DNA from: Nemertoderma westbladi
Taxonomy: Eukaryota > Animalia > Xenacoelomorpha
Direction: 5' to 3'
Length of the DNA stretch: 64,000 bases
Assembly (NCBI GenBank): GCA_032718475.1
Contig: JAUCBJ010008402.1
Location: 62,007 to 126,006, forward strand
The notes beneath the pieces were generated by a model. The model was given only the letters and a program-made list of their open reading frames with translations, did no database searches and was not told the DNA's origin. The position numbers were made by a program, and so were the translations under genes. Numbering within the stretch: position 1 is the stretch's first letter; the number at the start of each line of letters is the position of its first letter. Below are positions 1 through 12,355 of this stretch, in pieces.

Positions 1-3000
1 GGGAGACAAGGTGGGTAGAATACCATGGACAACGATGTCCATACATTGGGAGACAAGGTGGGTAGAATACCATGGACAACGATGTCCATACATTGGGAGA
101 CAAGGTGGGTAGAATACCATGGACAACGATGTCCATACATAGAGAGACAAGGTGGGTAGAATACCATGGACAACGATGTCCATACATTGGGAGACAAGGT
201 GCGTAGAATACCATGGACAACGATGTCCATACACTGGGAGACAAGGTGGGTAGAATACCATGGACAACGATGTCCATACATTGGGAGACAAGGTGGGTAG
301 AATACCATGGACAGCGATGTCCATACATTGGGAGACAAGGTGGATAGAATACCATGGACAACGATGTCCATACATTGGGAGACAAGGTGAGTAGAATACC
401 ATGGACAGACAACTATGTCCTTACATTGGGAGACAAGGTGGGTAGAATACCATGGACAACGATGTCTATACATAGAGAGACAAGGTGAGTAGAATACCAT
501 GGACAACGATGTCCATACATTGGGAGACAAGGTGGGTAGAATACCATGGACAACGATGTCCATACATTGGGAGACAAGGTGGGTAGAATACCATGGACAA
601 CGATGTCCATACATTGGGAGACAAGGTGGGTAGAATACCATGGACAACGATGTCCATACATTGGGAGACAAGGTGAGTAGAATACCATGGACAACGATGT
701 CCATACATTGGGAGACAAAGTGGGTAGAATACCATGGACAACGATGTCCATAAGAATACCATGGACAACGATGTCCATTGGGAGACAAGGTGAGTAGAAT
801 ACCATGGACAACGATGTCCATAAATTGGGAGACAAGGTGGGTAGAATAAGAATACCATGGACAACGATGTCTATACATAGAGAGACAAGGTGGATAGAAT
901 ACCATGGACAACGATGTTCATACATTGGGAGACAAGGTGGATAGAATACCATGGACAACGATGTTCATACATTGGGAGACAAGGTGGGTAGAATACCATG
1001 GACAACGATGTCCATACATTGGGAGACAAGGTGAGTAGAATACCATGGAGAACGATGTCCATACATTGGGAGACGAGGTGGGTAGAATACCATGGACAAC
1101 GATGTCCATACATTGGGAGACAAGGTGGATAGAATACCATGGACAACGATGTCCATACATTGGGAGACAAGGTGGGTAGAATACCATGGACAACGATGTC
1201 TATACATAGAGAGACATGGTGAGTAGAATACCATGGACAACGTTGTCCATACATTGGGAGACAAGGTGGGTAGAATACCATGGACAACGATGTTCATACA
1301 TTGGGAGACAAGGTGGGTAGAATACCATGGACAACGATGTTCATACATTAGGAGACAAGGTGGGTAGAATACCATGGACAACGATGTCCATACATTGGGA
1401 GACAAGGTGAGTAGAATACCATGGAGAACGATGTCCATACATTGGGAGACAAGGTGGGTAGAATACCATGGACAACGATGTCCATACATTGGGAGACAAG
1501 GTGGGTAGAATACCATGGACAACGATGTTCATACATTAGGAGACAAGGTGGGTAGAATACCATGGACAACGATGTCCATACATTGGGAGACAAGGTGAGT
1601 AGAATACCATGGAGAACGATGTCCATACATTGGGAGACAAGGTGGGTAGAATACCATGGACAACGATGTCCATACATTGGGAGACAAGGTGAGTAGAATA
1701 CCATGGAGAACGATGTCCATACATTGGGAGACGAGGTGGGTAGAATACCATGGACAACGATGTCCATACATTGGGAGACAAGGTGGGTAGAATACCATGG
1801 ACAACGATGTCCATACATTGGGAGACAAGGTGAGTAGAATACCATGGAGAACGATGTCCATACATTGGGAGACGAGGTGGGTAGAATACCATGGACAACG
1901 ATGTCCATACATTGGGAGACAAGGTGGATAGAATACCATGGACAACGATGTCCATACATTGGGAGACAAGGTGGGTAGAATACCATGGACAACGATGTCT
2001 ATACATAGAGAGACATGGTGAGTAGAATACCATGGACAACGTTGTCCATACATTGGGAGACAAGGTGGGTAGAATACCATGGACAACGATGTTCATACAT
2101 TGGGAGACAAGGTGGGTAGAATACCATGGACAACGATGTTCATACATTAGGAGACAAGGTGGGTAGAATACCATGGACAACGATGTCCATACATTGGGAG
2201 ACAAGGTGGGTAGAATACCCTGGACAACGATGTCCATACATTGGGAGACAAGGTGGGTAGAATACCATGGACAACGATGTCTATACATAGAGAGACATGG
2301 TGAGTAGAATACCATGGACAACGTTGTCCATACATTGGGAGACAAGGTGGGTAGAATACCATGGACAACGATGTTCATACATTGGGAGACAAGGTGGGTA
2401 GAATACCATGGACAACGATGTCCATAAATTGGGAGACAAGGTGGGTAGAATACCATGGACAACGATGTCCATACATTGGGAGACAAGGTGGGTAGAATAC
2501 CATGGACAACGATGTCCATACATTGGGAGACAAGGTGGGTAGAATACCATGGACAACGATGTCCATACATTGGGAGACAAGGCGGGTAGAATACCATGGA
2601 CAACGATGTCCATACATTGGGAGACAAGGCGGGTAGAATACCATGGACAACGATGTCCATACATTGGGAGACAAGGCGGGTAGAATACCATGGACAACGA
2701 TGTCCATACATTGGGAGACAAGGTGGGTAGAATACCATGGACAACGATGTCTATACATAGAGAGACAAGGTGGGTAGAATACCATGGACAACGATGCCTA
2801 TACATAGAGAGACAAGGTGAGTAGAATACCATGGACAACGATGTCCATACATTGGGAGGCAAGGTGGGTAGAATACCATGGACAACGATGTCTATACATA
2901 GAGAGACATGGTGAGTAGAATACCATGGACAACGTTGTCCATACATTGGGAGACAAGGTGGGTAGAATACCATGGACAACGATGTTCATACATTGGGAGA

Positions 3001-6000
3001 CAAGGTGGGTAGAATACCATGGACAACGATGTCCATAAATTGGGAGACAAGGTGGGTAGAATACCATGGACAACGATGTCCATACATTGGGAGACAAGGT
3101 GGGTAGAATACCATGGACAACGATGTCCATACATTGGGAGACAAGGTGGGTAGAATACCATGGACAACGATGTCCATACATTGGGAGACAAGGCGGGTAG
3201 AATACCATGGACAACGATGTCCATACATTGGGAGACAAGGCGGGTAGAATACCATGGACAACGATGTCCATACATTGGGAGACAAGGCGGGTAGAATACC
3301 ATGGACAACGATGTCCATACATTGGGAGACAAGGTGGGTAGAATACCATGGACAACGATGTCTATACATAGAGATACAAGGTGAGTAGAATACCATGGAC
3401 AACGATGTCCATACATTGGTAGACAAGGTGGGTAGAATACCATGGACAACGATGTCCATACATTGGGAGACAAGGTGGGTAGAATACCATGGACAACGAT
3501 ATCCATACATTGGGAGACAAGGTAGGTAGAATACCATGGACAACGATGTCTATACATAGAGAGACAAGGTGAGTAGAATACCATGGACAACGATGTCCAT
3601 ACATTGGGAGACAAGGTGGGTAGAATACCATGGACAACGATGTCCATTGGGAGACAAGGTGAGTAGAATACCATGGACAACGATATCCATACATTGGTAG
3701 ACAAGGTGGGTAGAATACCATGGAGAACGATGTCCATACATTGGGAGACAAGGTGGGTAGAATACCATGGACAACGATGTCTATACATTGGTAGACAAGG
3801 TGAGTAGAATACCATGGACAACGATATCCATACATTGGGAGACAAGGTGGGTAGAATACCATGGACAACGATGTCTATACATAGAGAGACAAGGTGAGTA
3901 GAATACCATGGACAACGATGTCCATACATTGGGAGACAAGGTGGGTAGAATACCATGGTCAACGGTGTCCATACATTGGGAGACAAGGTGGGTAGAATAC
4001 CATGGAGAACGATGTCCATACATTGGGAGACAAGGTGGGTAGAATACCATGGACAACGATGTCCATACATTGGTAGACAAGGTGAGTAGAATACCATGGA
4101 CAACGATATCCATACATTGGGAGACAAGGTGGGTAGAATACCATGGACAACGATGTCTATACATAGAGAGACAAGGTGAGTAGAATACCATGGACAACGA
4201 TGTCCATACATTGGGAGACAAGGTGGGTAGAATACCATGGTCAACGGTGTCCATACATTGGGAGACAAGGTGGGTAGAATACCATGGACAACGATATCCA
4301 TACATTGGGAGACAAGGTGGGTAGAATACCATGGACAACGATATCCATACATTGGGAGACAAGGTGGGTAGAATACCATGGAGAACGATGTCCATACATT
4401 GGGAGACAAGGTGGGTAGAATACCATGGACAACGATGTCCATACATTGGTAGACAAGGTGAGTAGAATACCATGGACAACGATATCCATACATTGGGAGA
4501 CAAGGTGGGTAGAATACCATGGACAACGATGTCTATACATAGAGAGACAAGGTGAGTAGAATACCATGGACAACGATGTCCATACATTGGGAGACAAGGT
4601 GGGTAGAATACCATGGTCAACGGTGTCCATACATTGGGAGACAAGGTGGGTAGAATACCATGGACAACGATATCCATACATTGGGAGACAAGGTGGGTAG
4701 AATACCATGGAGAACGATATCCATACATTGGGAGACAAGGTGGGTAGAATACCATGGACAACGATGTCTATACATAGAGAGACAAGGTGAGTAGAATACC
4801 ATGGACAACGATGTCCATACATTGGGAGACAAGGTGGGTAGAATACCATGGACAACGATGTCCATACATTGGGAGACAAGGTGGGTAGAATACCATGGAC
4901 AACGATGTCCATACATTGGGAGACAAGGTGGGTAGAATACCATGGACAACGATGTCCATACATTGGGAGACAAGGTGGGTAGAATACCATGGACAACGAT
5001 GTCCATACATTGGGAGACAAGGTGGGTAGAATACCATGGACAACGATGTCCATACATAGAGAGACAAGGTGGGTAGAATACCATGGACAACGATGTCCAT
5101 ACATTGGGAGACAAGGTGCGTAGAATACCATGGACAACGATGTCCATACACTGGGAGACAAGGTGGGTAGAATACCATGGACAACGATGTCCATACATTG
5201 GGAGACAAGGTGGGTAGAATACCATGGACAGCGATGTCCATACATTGGGAGACAAGGTGGATAGAATACCATGGACAACGATGTCCATACATTGGGAGAC
5301 AAGGTGAGTAGAATACCATGGACAGACAACTATGTCCTTACATTGGGAGACAAGGTGGGTAGAATACCATGGACAACGATGTCTATACATAGAGAGACAA
5401 GGTGAGTAGAATACCATGGACAACGATGTCCATACATTGGGAGACAAGGTGGGTAGAATACCATGGACAACGATGTCCATACATTGGGAGACAAGGTGGG
5501 TAGAATACCATGGACAACGATGTCCATACATTGGGAGACAAGGTGGGTAGAATACCATGGACAACGATGTCCATACATTGGGAGACAAGGTGAGTAGAAT
5601 ACCATGGACAACGATGTCCATACATTGGGAGACAAAGTGGGTAGAATACCATGGACAACGATGTCCATAAGAATACCATGGACAACGATGTCCATTGGGA
5701 GACAAGGTGAGTAGAATACCATGGACAACGATGTCCATAAATTGGGAGACAAGGTGGGTAGAATAAGAATACCATGGACAACGATGTCTATACATAGAGA
5801 GACAAGGTGGATAGAATACCATGGACAACGATGTTCATACATTGGGAGACAAGGTGGATAGAATACCATGGACAACGATGTTCATACATTGGGAGACAAG
5901 GTGGGTAGAATACCATGGACAACGATGTCCATACATTGGGAGACAAGGTGGGTAGAATACCATGGACAACGATGTCCATACATTGGGAGACAAGGTGGGT

Positions 6001-7797
6001 AGAATACCATGGACAACGGTGTCCATACATTGGGAGGCAAGGTGGGTAGAATACCATGGACAACGATATCCATACATTGGGAGACAAGGTGGGTAGAATA
6101 CCATGGACAACGATGTCCATACATTGGGAGACAAGGTGGGTAGAATACCATGGACAACGATGTCCATACATTGGGAGACAAGGTGGGTAGAATACCATGG
6201 ACAACGATGTTCATACATTGGGAGACAAGGTGAGTAGAATACCATGGACAACGATGTCCATTGGGAGACAAGGCGGGTAGAATACCATGGACAACGATGT
6301 CCATACATTGGGAGACAAGGTGGGTAGAATACCATGGACAACGATGTCTATACATAGAGAGACAAGGTGAGTAGAATACCATGGACAACGATGTCCATAC
6401 ATTGGGAGACAAGGTGGGTAGAATACCATGGACAACGATGTCCATACATTGGGAGACAAGGTGAGTAGAATACCATGGACAACGATGTCCATACATTGGG
6501 AGACAAGGTGGGTAGAATACCATGGACAACGATGTCCATACATTGGGAGACAAGGTGAGTAGAATACCATGGACAACGATGTCCTTACATTGGGAGACAA
6601 GGTGGGTAGAATACCATGGACAACGATGTCTATACATAGAGAGACAAGGTGAGTAGAATACCATGGACAACGATGTTCATACATTGGGAGACAAGGTGGG
6701 TAGAATACCATGGACAACGATGTCCATACATTGGGAGACAAGGTGGGTAGAATACCATGGACAACGATGTCCATACATTGGGAGACAAGGTGGGTAGAAT
6801 ACCATGGACAACGATGTCCATACATTGGGAGACAAGGTGGGTAGAATACCATGGACAACGATGTCTATACATAGAGAGACAAGGTGAGTAGAATACCATG
6901 GACAACGATGTCCATACATTGGGAGACAAGGTGAGTAGAATACCATGGACAACGATGTCCATAAATTGGGAGACAAGGTGGGTAGAATAAGAATACCATG
7001 GACAACGATGTCCATACATTGGGAGACAAGGTGGGTAGAATACCATGGACAACGATGTCCATACATTGGGAGACAAGGTGGGTAGAATACCATGGACAAC
7101 GATGTCCATACATCGGGAGACAAGGTGGGTAGAATACCATGGACAACGATGTCCATACATTGGGAGACAAGGTGAGTAGAATACCATGGACAACGATATC
7201 CATACATTGGGAGACAAGGTGAGTAGAATACCATGGACAACGATGTCCATAAATTGGGAGACAAGGTGGGTAGAATAAGAATACCATGGACAACGATGTC
7301 CATACATTGGGAGACAAGGTGGGTAGAATACCATGGACAACGATGTCCATACATTGGGAGACAAGGTGGGTAGAATAAGAATACCATGGACAACGATGTC
7401 CATACATTGGGAGACAAGGTGGGTAGAATAAGAATACCATGGACAACGATGTCCATACATTGGGAGACAAGGTGGGTAGAATACCATGGACAACGATGTC
7501 CATACATTGGGAGACAAGGTGGGTAGAATACCATGGACAACGATGTCCATACATCGGGAGACAAGGTGAGTAGAATACCATGGACAACGATGTCCATACA
7601 TCGGGAGACAAGGTGGGTAGAATACCATGGAGAACGATGTCCATACATAGGGAGACAAGGTGGGTAGAATACCATGGACAACGATGTCCATACATTGGGA
7701 GACAAGGTGGGTAGAATACCATGGACAACGATGTCTATACATAGAGAGACAAGGTGAGTAGAATACCATGGACAACGATGTCCATACATTGGTAGAT
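1..7797. repeat. 47-bp tandem satellite, about 165 units, runs off the left edge
   Basis: Unit GGGAGACAAGGTGGGTAGAATACCATGGACAACGATGTCCATACATT repeats head-to-tail with few recurrent variants. Each unit has an NcoI site and a 7-bp hairpin ATGGACA-acga-TGTCCAT. It explains all MSMVFYPPCLPMYGHRC ORFs. Confidence 0.99.
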
Positions 7798-7834
7798 AAT
7801 AATTACTTACCACTATGGTTTTATCGTTTTTTAG

Positions 7835-8029
7835 GTTTCAGTTTTAGAGAAGCGACTAGCTGATGTTCTAGATGATCAGATCACCAGTAACGGCAAACAT
7901 CACAAACTGAGAAGCGAAAATGAGCTACTTATACACAGAATACGTCAACTGGAGGAAGAAATACATGACTCTAGACACAAAACTGAGAAAGATTTGGAGG
8001 AAACACAAAAGAAATATCGCGATTTATTT
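7835..8029 (+). CDS. RAB11FIP3/4: Internal coding exon (65 codons, phase 0-0) of a Rab11 family-interacting protein 3/4 (Nuf)-like coiled-coil gene
   Basis: Acceptor ttttatcgttttttAG, donor GTAAGT at 8030. Stop-free: VSVLEKRLADVLDDQITSNGKHHKLRSENELLIHRIRQLEEEIHDSRHKTEKDLEETQKKYRDLF. It resembles the FIP3/FIP4 segment recalled as VxFLExRVxELE...KLxQENxQLVHRxxxLEE. The exon call is strong and the gene name is from recalled similarity. Confidence 0.75.
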
Positions 8030-8049
8030 GTAAGTGATTTATGTAATAA

Positions 8050-8110
8050 TAGAGCATAGAGAATAGAGTATAGAGCATAGATTCTAGAGAATAGAGTATA
8101 GAGCAGAGTA
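8050..8110 (+). repeat. Short 7-bp tandem repeat (TAGAG[C/A/T]A)n
   Basis: tagagca tagagaa tagagta tagagca tagattc tagagaa tagagta tagagca, at or just before the LINE 5' end. Confidence 0.8.
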
Positions 8111-8210
8111 TATGTTGATGTTGTGTATTAAAACCTATTATCCTAATTGCGTACCGCCTACTGCTGTATGAACTGCCAGACTGCTTGGCGCCACTACCCT
8201 GGAATAATCC

Positions 8211-10475
8211 TTGTCGCTCCAATTTTTGCTCAAATTAAAAGTCGCAGCTGAGCTACCGCTTCCGATTCCTTGTCAACCCAATCAAGCTGAGCATAGGCCT
8301 CGACCATACACTAGGAGCCGTGGGCCAATCGCTAAAGCAACGATCACGAATTTATCTGGACCCGAGGCGACGGTTTCGAGTTTATCGGGGTCTGGGGCGA
8401 CGATCACGAAATTATCTGGACCCGAGCCAAAGGTTTCGAGTTTACCTGGTTCTGTGGACATGATCTCGAGTTTATCGGGACTGGAGGCGACGGTTTCGAG
8501 TTTACCTGGATCTGGGGACATGATCTCGAGTTTATCGGGACTGGAGGCGACGGTTTCGAGTTTACCTGGATCTGGGGACATGATCGCGAGTTTATCGGGA
8601 CTGGAGGCGACGGTTTCGAGTTTACCTGGATCTGGGGACATGATATCGAGTTTATCGGGACCGAAGGCGACGGTTTCGAGTTTACCTGGTTCTGGAGCCA
8701 TGATCTCGAGTTTATCGGGACCGAAGGCGACGGTTTCGAGTTTACCTGGTTCTGGAGCCATGATCTCGAGTTTATCGGGACCGAAGGCGACGGTTTCGAG
8801 TTTACCTAGTTCTGGGGCCATGATCTCGAGTTTATCGGGACTGGAGGCGACGGTTTCGAGTTTACCTGGATCTGGGGACATGATATCGAGTTTATCGGGA
8901 CCGAAGGCGACGGTTTCGAGTTTACCTGGTTCTGGGGCCATGATCTCGAGTTTATCGGGACCGAAGGCGACGGTTTCGAGTTTACCTGGTTCTGGAGCCA
9001 TGATCTCGAGTTTATCGGGACCGAAGGCGACGGTTTCGAGTTTACCTAGTTCTGGGGCCATGATCTCGAGTTTATCGGGACTGGAGGCGACGGTTTCGAG
9101 TTTACCTGGATCTGGGGACATGATATCGAGTTTATCGGGACCGAAGGCGACGGTTTCGAGTTTACCTGGTTCTGGGGCCATGATCTCGAGTTTATCGGGA
9201 CCGAAGGCGACGGTTTCGAGTTTACCTAGTTCTGGGGCCATGATCTCGAGTTTATCGGGACTGGAGGCGACAGTTTCGAGTTTAGCTGGATCTGGGGACA
9301 TGATATCGAGTTTATCGGGACCGAAGGCGACGGTTTCGAGTTTACCTGGTTCTGGGGCCATGATCTCGAGTTTATCGGGACCGAAGGCGACGGTTTCGAG
9401 TTTACCTAGTTCTGGGGCCATGATCTCGAGTTTATCGGGACTGGAGGCGACGGTTTCGAATTTACCTGGATCTGGGGACATGATCTCGAGTTTATCGGGA
9501 CCAAAGGCGACGGTTTCGAGTTTACCTAGATCAGGGGACATGATCTCGAGTTTATCGGGACCGAAGGTGACGGTTTCGAGTTTACCTAGATCAGGGGACA
9601 TGATCTCGAGTTTATCGGGACCGAAGGTGACGGTTTCGAGTTTACCTAGATCAGGGGACATGATCTCGAGTTTATCGGGACCGAAGGCGACGGTTTCGAG
9701 TCTACCTGGTTCTGGGGCCATGATCTCGAGTTTATCAGAACCGAAGGCGACGGTTTCGAGTTTACCTGGTTCTTTGGCAATGATCTCGAGTTTATCAGAA
9801 CCGAAGGCGACGGTTTCGAGTTTACCTGGTTCTGGGGCAATGATCTCGAGTTTATCGGGACCGAAGGCGACGGTTTCGAGTTTACCTGGTTCTGGGGCAA
9901 TGATCTCGAGTTTATCGGGACTGGAGCAGACGGTTTCGAGTTTACCTGGATCTGGGGCCATGATCTCAAGTTTATCGGGGCAGAAGGTGATGGTTACGAG
10001 TTCACATGGATCTGGGGCCATGATTACGAATTTACTTGGATCTGGGACCACAATCTCGAGCTTATCTGGATCTGGGACTATGATCACGAGCTTACCTGGA
10101 TCTGGGTCCACGATCTCGATCTTAGCTGGATCTGGGGCGACGATCTCGAGCTCACCTGGGTCTGGGGCAACGATCTCGAGTTTATCGGGACTAGAGGTGA
10201 CGGTTTCGAGATCTCCTGGATCTGGGGCGACAGTTTCGAGTTTACTTGGATCTGGGGCGTCGATCTCGAAATTACCTGGATCTGGGGCGACGATCTCGAG
10301 CTCACCTGGGTCTGGGGCAACGAACTCAGATTTATCTGCATCCGGACCAATGATAATTTCGAGTTGGAATTTAATAGGCAAGACCAGTACACCCCAATAC
10401 ATAAGGGAGTGTGGGGGGGCTGATAACAACCCTGTGTGCATGACTCAATGCACCACAATCGGATTTGGGGTTTGA
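8211..10475 (+). CDS. Ser/Gly-rich repeat ORF, probably the N-terminal part of the LINE ORF1
   Basis: 754-codon open frame of ATVSSLPGSG/xMISSLSGPK units. Many unit differences are synonymous (gga/ggt, atc/ata, ggg/gga, acg/aca, ccg/cca). Start codon uncertain. Confidence 0.5.
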   Translation: MSLQFLLKLKVAAELPLPIPCQPNQAEHRPRPYTRSRGPIAKATITNLSGPEATVSSLSGSGATITKLSGPEPKVSSLPGSVDMISSLSGLEATVSSLPGSGDMISSLSGLEATVSSLPGSGDMIASLSGLEATVSSLPGSGDMISSLSGPKATVSSLPGSGAMISSLSGPKATVSSLPGSGAMISSLSGPKATVSSLPSSGAMISSLSGLEATVSSLPGSGDMISSLSGPKATVSSLPGSGAMISSLSGPKATVSSLPGSGAMISSLSGPKATVSSLPSSGAMISSLSGLEATVSSLPGSGDMISSLSGPKATVSSLPGSGAMISSLSGPKATVSSLPSSGAMISSLSGLEATVSSLAGSGDMISSLSGPKATVSSLPGSGAMISSLSGPKATVSSLPSSGAMISSLSGLEATVSNLPGSGDMISSLSGPKATVSSLPRSGDMISSLSGPKVTVSSLPRSGDMISSLSGPKVTVSSLPRSGDMISSLSGPKATVSSLPGSGAMISSLSEPKATVSSLPGSLAMISSLSEPKATVSSLPGSGAMISSLSGPKATVSSLPGSGAMISSLSGLEQTVSSLPGSGAMISSLSGQKVMVTSSHGSGAMITNLLGSGTTISSLSGSGTMITSLPGSGSTISILAGSGATISSSPGSGATISSLSGLEVTVSRSPGSGATVSSLLGSGASISKLPGSGATISSSPGSGATNSDLSASGPMIISSWNLIGKTSTPQYIRECGGADNNPVCMTQCTTIGFGV
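8335..10350 (+). repeat. 30-bp minisatellite organised as a 60-bp dimer, diverged at both ends
   Basis: tgatctcgagtttatcgggaccgaaggcga/cggtttcgagtttacctggttctggggcca stays in register with the 60-nt lines, with no frameshifting indel visible. Confidence 0.97.
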
Positions 10476-11596
10476 AGATATTCACAGTTCAATTTGTAAA
10501 TCATATGATATAAGTAAGGCAGATATTCAAGTGCCAATTTGTGTTAATGACAATGTACCAGTCTCACATACAATGTTTCACAATTCTACAGTACACACAA
10601 ATACTTGTACTTACCTCACTGCAGGACTGTGTTCCAACCCCCCTTCCCACCCCATATATGTTACCACATCTGACCCAAAAACTATTATAAATTATGTTCC
10701 AGTGTAGTGTGTCTTGTTAATACCTCACAACCTACTGATCCACGATTTCAAAACACAGTCTATAACGTCCCCATCCCATGCGGTGATACTATCATGCACA
10801 CAACCAGTAGATCTCACCATTGTCAATCAACATATACTCCCCCCCCCCACACTCACTCTACTGTTAATAATGTCACCGACATACGACCAACCCAATCAAC
10901 CGCTACCCCACCTAATAAGTACAACAATACGCTGGTAACTAACAGGCCTGCTAGCACAGTGGACCCACCAGAGGGGAGTATTGACGAAGTGTTGCCCGAG
11001 CTGCAAACCACAGACAGGCCCATAAACAAAGTCTTGGTAGAAGACCTTACATCTGACGGTCGCTGGATAGTTAGAGATAAACCCACAATTGGAGAGCTCA
11101 CGTACCCTGTAAACAAGACCTTAAAACCCATTGATACTGTGACTCCTGCTATGAATTCTAGGAAATGTCCCACAAAAGAGGCACCATTAAAAAGAAAGGG
11201 AGGGAAAAATAATAACAAAGTCCCAGTTAATAAGGAAGCCCTCAATAAGGGACTGATCAGACACTACAGTAAGGGAAAACCTGCCTCCACAACTCCAACA
11301 CCTGTCATAACAATGCAGACTCTACTAGCGACATAGAAATTATCGAATCACCAATTCCACTAACCAATGCAACAGATGTCTCCCATCTTCCCCAGTCAAT
11401 TGGCACACCATGTCTCACCCAACCCTCATCAACTGTTCGAGAGGTACCGGATTCTGAAATTGTCGAGTGGCTGGACGAATTTATTAATGTTTTTCCAGAC
11501 TCCCACAATAGCTATAATGAACAGGATATAATCAATGCTGCAACACGTAAGCCAAGAACAACAACTGGCCTTACACTACTTAAACCCTATGACCCT

Positions 11597-12140
11597 GACT
11601 GGGCATACTTTGAGCCTGGTGTAAACCTCAGCACCACAATCATCGACTCTTTTTTATCTATTCTCTCGCTAAATTTTGCCAACATGTCCTGCATAGACTC
11701 AGCCTTATGCTTAAAACTCCGACAGGACAAGTACGACATTGCCAGTGCAATTTCATATATCACTATAAGATGAGATATTGCAACCAAACCCATAATAGTG
11801 TTTCCAGACTGCCATTCTTCCCATTTTCTTCTACATGTAGCGAATCTTAATGAACGATCAGTATACACCCTCTGCAGCATTAGCCCCATACAGAAAGTTA
11901 GTGAAATCTCTGTTAAAATATGTAACCTGCTCAATACTATTGACAGAATCTTGGGAAGGGAGGACCACCCATGGACTGCCAGAAAGAACACTTCTCCCTT
12001 CCCCAGCCAAAGCAACAACCATGACTGCGGAGGATTTTTATGTCTTTATGCACTTGCCTTAGCCACTGGTAACCTAACATTGAGACCTGAACACACCTGC
12101 AGTTCTCGTCTTCGTTCGTGGCTTAAAAAATGCATAACTG
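11597..12140 (+). pseudogene. Ulp1/SENP-like (C48 family) cysteine protease domain within the LINE ORF1 region, with one internal stop
   Basis: One frame reads FEPGVNLSTTIIDSFL...IR*DIATKPIIVFPDCHSSHFLLHVAN...PSQSNNHDCGGFLCLYA. His at 11822-11824, Gln at 12008, Cys at 12026-12028, TGA at 11771-11773. The expected catalytic Asp position reads YTLCS. Confidence 0.75.
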
Positions 12141-12355
12141 ACATCAAAATACCAGATTTAACACTCAACACCAACTCCATTAATTATCCAAAGTGAATAC
12201 ACCTCAACAAAACAAAGGCTGTGGACAGGAAAGTCTCCCTTTGACCCAAAGAATATGGCACATATTACCGAACTCTCTCAAATACCCAGGAAAGAAGCAA
12301 TTCGCATAATATCTCAATCTACTCAGGAAGTCAGCATGTTAACTCGGACAATCTC

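Noticed and set aside
413-7813. Dozens of minus-strand ORFs (MSMVFYPPCLPMYGHRCPWYSTHLVSQC...)
   Set aside because: The 47-bp unit lacks minus-strand stops and is not a multiple of 3, so all three frames give the same 47-aa cycle. Frameshifting indels are tolerated.
8282-10441. 719-aa minus-strand PDKLEIMAPEPGKLETV protein as a separate gene
   Set aside because: It shares wobble positions with the + frame, is confined to the repeat and is antisense to the LINE and host exon, so it is most simply a shadow ORF.
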